A stretch of 46,292 bases of DNA from a virus (Duplodnaviria > Caudoviricetes). The stretch lies in IMG/VR virus record IMGVR_UViG_3300034123_000006, positions 1-46,292 of that record; one strand, 5' to 3'. The notes under the pieces were generated by a model that worked only from the letters and a program-made list of their open reading frames with translations, had not been told where the DNA came from and ran no database searches. Of the stretch, positions 36,003 to 42,211 are shown in pieces (position 1 is the stretch's first letter; each line of letters opens with the position of its first letter). The position numbers and the translations under genes were made by a program.

Positions 36003-36340
36003 GGCGTCACTGCCTTGGCGCACTTGTGCAGTCCGGCGCGATACCAGCCCAGGTGCGCATACTCCCCGCACGGTGTCCCGGTATCCTCGCCAACCGCCTC
36101 GCACCACGCTACGTCATTGGGCGCGTACAGTCGCTGCTTGTAGCCTTCTCCGCACTGGCCTTGACCCAGGTCGGCGGTCCACCAAGCATCCGGATAACCC
36201 GCGTTTATGGTGGAACCACCGTCCAGAGACACGCCGCTGTCAATGGCTTGACCTGGCACCGCGTCAGGTGGCGCGTCCAGGGCGTCGATGCCACCGCAGG
36301 CAGCAAGGAGCGCAAACGCGAGTACGTGAAGTCGTTTCAT
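35999..36340 (-). CDS. Cys-containing lipoprotein
   Basis: MKRLHVLAFALLAA|C signal peptide with lipobox. Confidence 0.75.
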   Translation of the reverse strand: MKRLHVLAFALLAACGGIDALDAPPDAVPGQAIDSGVSLDGGSTINAGYPDAWWTADLGQGQCGEGYKQRLYAPNDVAWCEAVGEDTGTPCGEYAHLGWYRAGLHKCAKAVTP

Positions 36341-36885
36341 GGTTGCACCTTGGTTAGGAGTTCTACGAGGTCGGCGATCTGTTGGTTTTCCTCTGCGGCC
36401 ACGGCTGCGTCACTGGCTGCGTCCCAGGCTGCGGACCAGGCTGCGGCCCTGGCTGCGGCCCTGGCTGCGGCCCTGGCTGCGGACCAGGCTGCGGACCAGG
36501 CTGCGTCCCAGGCTGCGGACCAGGCTGCGGCCCTGGCTGCGGCCCTGGCTGCGGCCCTGGCTGCGGCCCGTTCGCCCTGCGGCACGTCCTCACCGCTGGC
36601 CAGTCGTCGCAGCAGTGGGATCACGGCGAGTGAGCGCGGATCGGGTTTCTCGATGCGAGCCAGCGCACGCGCTACCAGTCGCGCTTGCCACTCCCACATG
36701 ACGGTGGGTGCGCAAATGCCGGGCAGCGTGGCTACCCAAATGCGATCAGCGGCGGGAATGTCGAGCGCCAGCACTTCGAGCAAGGTCAAGCCACGTTTGG
36801 GGCCAAGCTTAGCGATCTGCTCGTCGGTGTAGCACGCGCCATGCTTGCGCAGTAGTGCCTTTGTAATGCGCTTTACAGTCCGCAC
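36337..36885 (-). CDS. AAW/AAR-repeat protein
   Basis: LLRKHGAC N-terminus, DPRS, then (AARA/AAWS/AAWD)n repeats and a QQIADL end; GTG start. Confidence 0.8.
   Translation of the reverse strand: MRTVKRITKALLRKHGACYTDEQIAKLGPKRGLTLLEVLALDIPAADRIWVATLPGICAPTVMWEWQARLVARALARIEKPDPRSLAVIPLLRRLASGEDVPQGERAAARAAARAAARAAAWSAAWDAAWSAAWSAARAAARAAARAAAWSAAWDAASDAAVAAEENQQIADLVELLTKVQP
36403..36570. repeat. 14 tandem 12-bp units GGCTGCG(g/t)NNNN
   Basis: Units ggctgcggccct, ggctgcggacca and ggctgcgtccca, in frame within the gene. Confidence 0.9.
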
Positions 36886-37115
36886 GTGACACCTCGCGCA
36901 AGCAGTCGGTCAAGGTCGCGCTGTACCTCGTGCGCATCAGTCGCGGCAGTAGCAACCGAGCACAGGCGCACGCCGAGGTAGCCATCGGCGCGCAGTCGCT
37001 GGAGAATGGCACGCTCGTCCAGGCGCATGTTTGCCACGAGTTCGACTTGGGCCAATGCTAGGCCCTTGGATGGGCCGCGGCCTTCTACGTGTTCAAACCT
37101 GATTGTGTGGGTCAT
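36873..37115 (-). CDS. Hypothetical protein
   Basis: 80 aa with a GAAAGGA RBS. Confidence 0.6.
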   Translation of the reverse strand: MTHTIRFEHVEGRGPSKGLALAQVELVANMRLDERAILQRLRADGYLGVRLCSVATAATDAHEVQRDLDRLLARGVTCGL

Positions 37116-37130
37116 GGTGGCAGTCCTTTC

Positions 37131-37376
37131 CTATGCGATCACGTGGTGGCGAGATTGCTTGGCTGCCCAATAGGGCTCATAGGCAAACGGGACATCAAGC
37201 CACGGCTTGCCATCGATCTGGCTTGTGAAGGTGCTCCAGTGTGCGGCGTGTTCTTGGCACAGTCGGATCGCCGTCGGTGTGCGCAGTAGGTACAAGTCTG
37301 AGTAGTGGCTATCCATTTGCAGACCTGCCTTGCATGCTTCTTGATAGAGCGACATGGCTAGTACACCGCTGGTCAT
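37131..37376 (-). CDS. Hypothetical phage protein
   Basis: DSHYSDLY...F.SQIDG..W.DVPFAY.PYW; AAGGAG RBS. Confidence 0.7.
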   Translation of the reverse strand: MTSGVLAMSLYQEACKAGLQMDSHYSDLYLLRTPTAIRLCQEHAAHWSTFTSQIDGKPWLDVPFAYEPYWAAKQSRHHVIA

Positions 37377-37506
37377 AGCGTTCTCCTTCGTTGTCAAGTG
37401 GTGGTCCCCTAGCTCATCAGTGCAAGGTGGGGAATCTTGCAGACCGGCAGTGTTGGAGGCTGTCTGCCGGTTTCGCCTGCCTTGACCATTCAAGGCGCAG
37501 CAAATC

Positions 37507-37743
37507 TCAGTCGATGGTTATCCAGTCGCCTGTCTTCGTTGACACATAGCAGGTTCCCGAATTCGAGAAAATGCAGCAGTAAACCCGACGCCACCGCTTG
37601 CCTCCTGGTAGCTTGACCATATGGCGCGTTGGGATTCGTCGGCCATACCCAGAGCGAGTGAACTGCAATCCCCGCAACTGCCAATCAAGCGGGGCTTCGA
37701 CGTGTTCTAGCTCCGTGATTTGGTGATGCGCAATGATGGCCAT
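37507..37743 (-). CDS. Hypothetical phage protein
   Basis: SGYGRRIPT..MV.....WRRVY....SN.GT.YV; GGAGG RBS. Confidence 0.7.
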   Translation of the reverse strand: MAIIAHHQITELEHVEAPLDWQLRGLQFTRSGYGRRIPTRHMVKLPGGKRWRRVYCCIFSNSGTCYVSTKTGDWITID

Positions 37744-37745
37744 GG

Positions 37746-37982
37746 CTAGTATCCCTCCCCGTATCCAGAGTACGCTTCGAGCGATGCGGCTTCGTAGTTG
37801 TCCATTCGCCATGAAGTCCAGCAGCTTTCGCAGCAAGTCTCAGTCGTATAGAAGCGCATGCGACCCCTGGACTTGGCATATCCGATGGTGTCACCTTCCT
37901 TGATTGGGTGGCCGCAGCTACCAGCCGATGCAAACTTGGCCTTTAGACTACAGAACTCGTTGAAACGTCTTGTTAGTGCCAT
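37746..37982 (-). CDS. Small zinc-binding protein, paralogue of 35814-36002
   Basis: CGH.I..G..IGY....ETCC..CW motif. Confidence 0.65.
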   Translation of the reverse strand: MALTRRFNEFCSLKAKFASAGSCGHPIKEGDTIGYAKSRGRMRFYTTETCCESCWTSWRMDNYEAASLEAYSGYGEGY

Positions 37983-37990
37983 GGGTACAC

Positions 37991-38209
37991 CTACCAGCGA
38001 AGGTTTTCGGGAAGCTGCTGATACTTCTTGTCAGCGTCTCGCTCTAGCTTTAGCGCGGTTTCGATGGAGCCAGCCAAGCGAGCGAACCTAGCCCGGTGTG
38101 TGAGAGCGCAGAACTCGCCGAGGATGAAAAACACGGCCTCATGTTCTGCTAGGTCGTGGTCTGAGAGTGCTTCTAGGTTTGGACATTCAACGTCGTTCAT
38201 GGTCGGCAT
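37991..38209 (-). CDS. Hypothetical protein
   Basis: 72 aa ending YQQLPENLRW; AGGAG RBS. Confidence 0.7.
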   Translation of the reverse strand: MPTMNDVECPNLEALSDHDLAEHEAVFFILGEFCALTHRARFARLAGSIETALKLERDADKKYQQLPENLRW

Positions 38210-38287
38210 AGGTCAATCTCCTGTGTGGTTGGTTGAGTGTTTGCACTTGCATCCAGGCCAGTGGCATCTGGCCCGGAAACCTGAGCA

Positions 38288-38584
38288 CTACTCGCAGCGG
38301 ACGCTTAGGTTCTTGCCAGCGCGGCACACATACAGCGTGGAAGCGCCGGCGCAGTCATGCTTGTCGTGGGAAGCGACCCAATCCGCCAACAGTGGGTCAG
38401 TGCTGGCCAGCTTGGCGCGGTCCCCGGCGAAGCAGGTAGGGATGGGGTTCTTGTCGGCCTTGGCAACCTTGCCACCCTTCAGCGCGGGCAAGTCGGCCTT
38501 CTTGACCGTCTCGGCATGGGCGAAGCCAGCGTAAAGCGTGGCGGCGATGGCGATGGACTGGGCGAGAATGAGAATGCGTGTCAT
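38288..38584 (-). CDS. Secreted small protein
   Basis: Signal peptide MTRILILAQSIAIAATLYAGFAHA|E and four Cys; AGGAG RBS. Confidence 0.7.
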   Translation of the reverse strand: MTRILILAQSIAIAATLYAGFAHAETVKKADLPALKGGKVAKADKNPIPTCFAGDRAKLASTDPLLADWVASHDKHDCAGASTLYVCRAGKNLSVRCE

Positions 38585-38667
38585 GGTGTCACTCCTGGTT
38601 GATGGTTGCGGTTTCGATTCGCGGTGCCCGTCCCGCGTCTGATTCGCGGCGACTGACGGGCGGGTGG

Positions 38668-38940
38668 CTAGGTGGAGCGGATCAGCATTGGGCAATGCGA
38701 GCGATGCACGTGCAAGGACTGCAACCGCGCAGGACACGTGCACGGTGCAGGTGAGCGCGCGTACAGTCGCAATCCCGCTGACGTTGAATCAATCAGAATC
38801 AGCGAGTCGCGGTTGAGCGCATGTGCCACACGCCGTACCGTCGCAGGAGACACTCCGAGGCGCAGCGCCACGCTTGCTACACTGTGGCTGTCGAGGCTGG
38901 ACTCGTATACGCATGCAAGCAATTCGTTGCGCGTGTCCAT
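38668..38940 (-). CDS. Winged-HTH DNA-binding protein
   Basis: SVASVALRLGVSPATVRRVAHAL...LI; C-terminal CTC....H...CP. Confidence 0.65.
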   Translation of the reverse strand: MDTRNELLACVYESSLDSHSVASVALRLGVSPATVRRVAHALNRDSLILIDSTSAGLRLYARSPAPCTCPARLQSLHVHRSHCPMLIRST

Positions 38941-38948
38941 GGCGCATC

Positions 38949-39149
38949 CTACAGGTCGGTAGCCGTGACCGGACTCGCGGCGAAAACTTCGGCTGACTGC
39001 GCCTTCGACAGGTTCGTGCGCGCCAACCTGACCAACCGCTGCGCCGTAGCGTGCTCCTCGTCTGCCTTGCGCTTTGCCTCGCATGCGTCCGCGAATCGAT
39101 CCTCTGCCTTTTCCATCGATTGAATGGCGCGCTGTAGCTTAGTCGTCAT
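38949..39149 (-). CDS. Hypothetical helical protein; first gene of the leftward operon
   Basis: 66 aa with an AAGGAG RBS. Confidence 0.7.
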   Translation of the reverse strand: MTTKLQRAIQSMEKAEDRFADACEAKRKADEEHATAQRLVRLARTNLSKAQSAEVFAASPVTATDL

Positions 39150-39275
39150 GGTGTCCGTCTCCTTGGTGGTGGTTGGTTGGAAAGGTTTGGCGCTGTCCGT
39201 GCCGTCTTGGGGAGCACACCGGCCGAAGCCAGCGACCTTGCTTTGCCCTCATGCCTTACTTGGCGCCGTGAGTAG

Positions 39276-39329
39276 TGGGCAGTTGAGGGTTTGAACCCCT
39301 AAGCCCCAGCATTTCAGCTTGGCCTGCCC
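39276..39329 (-). ncRNA. D-arm-less tRNA-like element B
   Basis: GGGCAGG-CCAAGCTGAAATGCTGG-GGCTT-AGGGG TTCAAAC CCTCA-ACTGCCC-A. Confidence 0.5.
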
Positions 39330-39404
39330 TAGTGCCCCGTGTCGGCGGGGCAACCCGGCACTTTTCCGAGAAAGGTTACTCGTTGGTGTTGCGTACCGTT
39401 ACCG

Positions 39405-39455
39405 TGGAGCGCAGTGGATTCGAACCACCCAGCGGCCTATACATCCGTGCGCCCC
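39405..39455 (-). ncRNA. D-arm-less tRNA-like element A with Ala identity elements (G3-U70, A73)
   Basis: GGGGCGC-ACGGATGTATAGGCCGCTG-GGTGG TTCGAAT CCACT-GCGCTCC-A; 7-bp acceptor stem plus 5-bp T stem and a canonical T loop. Confidence 0.65.
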
Positions 39456-39628
39456 GTGACGTGGTGCCTTGCGAGAGCACCACAGAGCCAGCAACCGCCG
39501 AGTCTCGTTGACTTGGGCTGGCTCTTATTGCCTCTCGTCTTTCGTCAGGTGGCTTATTCCTTTCCGCTTTGGGGCCGCTTGGGTCTTGAACGGTTAGAGG
39601 GCTTTGCCTGCTAGACCAGAGAGGGTGA

Positions 39629-39642
39629 AGTTGTCAAAGAGC
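39629..39642 (-). promoter_or_regulatory. boxA-like antitermination element
   Basis: GCTCTTTGACAACT on the - strand, compared with rrn boxA TGCTCTTTAACA. Confidence 0.55.
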
Positions 39643-39681
39643 CGAACCCGCCGCCGCCACCGAACCGATATCCTATGTCTT

Positions 39682-39697
39682 TGCATTGGGCATGCCA
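39682..39697 (-). promoter_or_regulatory. Sigma54-type promoter (leftward)
   Basis: TGGCATG-CCCA-ATGCA; GG-N10-GC spacing. Confidence 0.55.
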
Positions 39698-39964
39698 TCG
39701 CCTGGACTAGGACGAAAGAAAGCAGAAGCGGCGCATTTGCTGGGCATTTGACGGCCGAGACTTGGCATGAAAAATCAGGGTGACAGAGAACGGCACCTAG
39801 AAACGTCACCCAGCCAAGAAAGCGAGCTAACTACGCGAAACTACTAGGTGCAAGAAGTGACGGCTTTGGGCAGGCAAGAGCGAGAATTGTCACTTTTGCC
39901 AGAATGACACACGTGCCAGATTGGCAAGCCCGCATCGTTCCTAGGGGATTAGACGACACGTGTT

Positions 39965-39980
39965 TGGCGTAGGGATTGCA
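39965..39980 (+). promoter_or_regulatory. Sigma54-type promoter (rightward)
   Basis: TGGCGTA-GGGA-TTGCA; GG-N10-GC spacing; the next ATG (39997) follows after a 16-nt gap. Confidence 0.55.
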
Positions 39981-39996
39981 CCTATAGATAAATGTA

Positions 39997-40433
39997 ATGC
40001 AAGCCAGGCCAGCCAAGCCCGAGTACCACAGGTTCAAGACTGGCCTGACCTTTCAAGATGCCAGGGCTTGGTTCTGGAGTAACAGCGAGAACCCAGACGA
40101 TTGGGGCCACACAAGCCCGCGCAAGGTGATACGTGCGATGGCCAGCGTAAAGCGGCGATGTTCGACCGCGCCGTGGAAGCGTGGGAACTAGCGTGCGAGG
40201 AGTGGGATGCGCAAGAAGCACTCGGCGAGGAGATAGCCGCAAGCTACCGGACCGAGGCAAGGTTGTGCCGTAGCAGAATCAAGGCGCGAAACCCAAGGCT
40301 AGGCCAAACCGCTTCCCATTCCATAAGCCCTACCAGACTGCGCCACTCTCCCATGACCCCAGGATGCGCAAGAAGGCTAGGTACAAGACACGTAATGTCT
40401 GGTCCGTTCCGGTCTGGTCCGGCCCCTCCATAG
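39997..40433 (+). CDS. Paralogue of 26122-26364, requiring a -1 frameshift (or a pseudogene)
   Basis: PEYHRFKTGLTFQD... in frame 0; homology continues as KAAMFDRAV in the -1 frame after GTA AAG (40147-40152). Confidence 0.5.
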
Positions 40434-40659
40434 ACGATGTACGGCATAACTGGGTCAAAATGCCCCAACTGTGGCAAAAAGGGGCACGCGATGCGTAGCG
40501 AAGTGACGTGTTTGGACCAGGTTCCGACCGGTCCGAAGGCCGAAAAGAGCACGCCCATACAGTCTCCCTTCCCCTCTCAGCCGCATAACCACATGTACCC
40601 CTTTGGAAACAATACCGCCAAACCCCGGCCTAGGACCGAAATCGTGTTACATTGGGAGC

Positions 40660-40830
40660 ATGGATGAAGCGAAACTGGCGGAAATGCTGGAGCTTGCCTT
40701 GCGCGAACTCTACGTCATCAACACACCTGACCTTGGCCTTGAGGTAGGAGGGCAAAAGCGGGCAGCTAAGGCGCTGGCCAAGGTGCTTGCCCAAGTGGGA
40801 ACCGCACCTACATCACTAACAAATTGTTAG
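40660..40830 (+). CDS. Small hypothetical protein
   Basis: MDEAKLAEMLE..., GGGAG RBS. Confidence 0.55.
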   Translation: MDEAKLAEMLELALRELYVINTPDLGLEVGGQKRAAKALAKVLAQVGTAPTSLTNC

Positions 40831-40831
40831 T
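40815..40831. promoter_or_regulatory. Palindrome ACTAACAAATTGTTAGT, copy 3
   Basis: Reverse complement of copies 1 and 2; about 60 bp upstream of an HTH gene. Confidence 0.7.
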
Positions 40832-40889
40832 AACCATACGCGCGTGTAGGTGCCGCATCGCGCACGCTGGATTGTGGTAGGCTACAGCC

Positions 40890-41225
40890 ATGGCCTTGCC
40901 CCACCTGGTACGCACCACGGAAGTAGCCCGCCTTCTCGGCATCCACCCGGACACGTGCATTAGATGGTGTCGGCGGCTCGGTGTGCAGCTGGTCCAGTGC
41001 CCACCGCGAGGCATGCCAACCAGCCGCGAGCCGGGGACGCCAGCAGGCCGGAACGCACCTGCATATCTCGGCATCGACGCGGCTGTCCGGCTGGTCGACC
41101 TGTGCCTCCCTGGCGTGGTGGCCAAGCGAGAGAGGGCAAGGGCACGGGCCAGCCTGGAGCGTAGGGCAGACAGGCAGCAGCAGGGAGCGCGCAACGTGGT
41201 GCATGAGCGATGCGATATGGAGTAG
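40890..41225 (+). CDS. MerR/excisionase-type HTH DNA-binding protein
   Basis: LVRTTEVARLLGIHPDTCIRWCRRLG. Confidence 0.7.
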   Translation: MALPHLVRTTEVARLLGIHPDTCIRWCRRLGVQLVQCPPRGMPTSREPGTPAGRNAPAYLGIDAAVRLVDLCLPGVVAKRERARARASLERRADRQQQGARNVVHERCDME

Positions 41226-41454
41226 GGGGGGGTACCGGGCGGGAGAGGCCACCCCTAAATCCTGCCCTCCATCCCCTCTCGGACAAATCACACGTGTCAA
41301 TCTTTTGACCGCTCACGTCACGCGCACATATCGCTCGCACCGGGCGATGCCGTCGCCGTCCGAGTCATCCTAACATGAGGCAGATGGCCGGACGCGTGCT
41401 ATGCTTGGCGCAATCTCAGGTTCGCCGGCCTGAAAGATTTCAGCATTCGGCGCG

Positions 41455-41516
41455 AAGGCCATCAGGTGGCCGCAGCCTGGCAACTAACCAGGCGAGCAAC
41501 ACCTGATGGCCTTTTG
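41455..41516 (+). terminator. Long hairpin / terminator, possibly the 3' end of a small RNA
   Basis: 14-bp stem AAGGCCATCAGGTG/CACCTGATGGCCTT with inner stem GCCTGG/CCAGGC, ending in a T run. Confidence 0.55.
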
Positions 41517-41534
41517 TATGTGCTACCCTCTCGC

Positions 41535-41732
41535 ATGTCCATTCTCTCTGTTGTCGTTGTCCTGTGTGTGGTCGGCCTGCTCCTGTGGCTGGTGAATTCC
41601 TACTTGCCCATGGCTGCCCCGTTCAAGACCTTGGTGAACGTAGTGGTGGTCGTGGCTACTGTGCTGTGGCTCCTGAGCGTGTTCGGCGTACTCGGGGATA
41701 TCAGTGGAGCGAGGGTGTCGCGGTTGAGGTAG
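41535..41732 (+). CDS. Small 2-TM membrane protein (Thivi_2564-like family)
   Basis: VVGLLLWLVNSYLPM...K.LVN.VVVVA.VLWLL.VFG pattern; no SD, with an extended -10 (TGCTACCCT) just upstream. Confidence 0.7.
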   Translation: MSILSVVVVLCVVGLLLWLVNSYLPMAAPFKTLVNVVVVVATVLWLLSVFGVLGDISGARVSRLR

Positions 41733-41779
41733 CTTGCCAGCTGAGCGGAGCTGGTGTACCTTCGCGGAAGGAGTGAAAC

Positions 41780-42211
41780 ATGGGTGAACACAAGACCAAT
41801 CAGAATGCGCTGATGAGCCAGTCCATCCCTCAGTTGCTCCCCGTGGGGCACCGAGTAGGGATGCAGATGCAGCTCCAGGTGATGCCGAGGGACAACGTGT
41901 GGCTGGCGCCGGCCAGCGAGATGCGCACCGGGGAGAGTGGCGTCGAGGTGCTGATGAACGGGGTATGGGCGTCGCCTCCTGAAGGTATCGAGGTCTTCGA
42001 GCTGGGCAAGACCCTACCGCGGGAGAAGTGCGACGTGGTGGCCATGCTCTTCGCCGTGGTCGAGGATACCCTGGGGCCAAAGCTGGTGGGAGCGAATGGC
42101 GAGCAGGCCCGTGGGACCGCTTCCATGGGACCTATGGCCATCCTCTCAAGGTTGCCGCTTGACCAGTGGCAGGACAAGCACCTCGGACAGCTTCGCGGGC
42201 CGGTGGAGTGA
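41780..42211 (+). CDS. Hypothetical protein
   Basis: 143 aa with an AAGGAG RBS. Confidence 0.75.
   Translation: MGEHKTNQNALMSQSIPQLLPVGHRVGMQMQLQVMPRDNVWLAPASEMRTGESGVEVLMNGVWASPPEGIEVFELGKTLPREKCDVVAMLFAVVEDTLGPKLVGANGEQARGTASMGPMAILSRLPLDQWQDKHLGQLRGPVE

Noticed and set aside
36403-36570. CRISPR array, or the PQPG/GPGC repeat ORFs in other frames
   Set aside because: The 12-bp units have no unique spacers, and the alternative-frame ORFs are shadows of the AAW-repeat gene.
39276-39455. Canonical tRNA genes or an attP site
   Set aside because: The elements are only 51-54 nt, with no D arm, no proper anticodon arm and no CCA. No integrase is visible, and both acceptor strands are retained.
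39530-39550. Hammerhead ribozyme (CTGACGA then AAGAC on the - strand)
   Set aside because: There is no stem II between CUGANGA and GAAA, so the core cannot be assembled.
40244-40558. Minus-strand ORF or iterons at the GTCTGGTCCG direct repeat (about 40397-40421)
   Set aside because: There are only two short copies and no adjacent initiator gene, which is not enough to call an origin or a gene.
41385-41400. Third sigma54 promoter, TGGCCGGACGCGTGCT
   Set aside because: The GG-N10-GC spacing is right but the flanks match poorly, and the overlapping extended -10 explains the site better.
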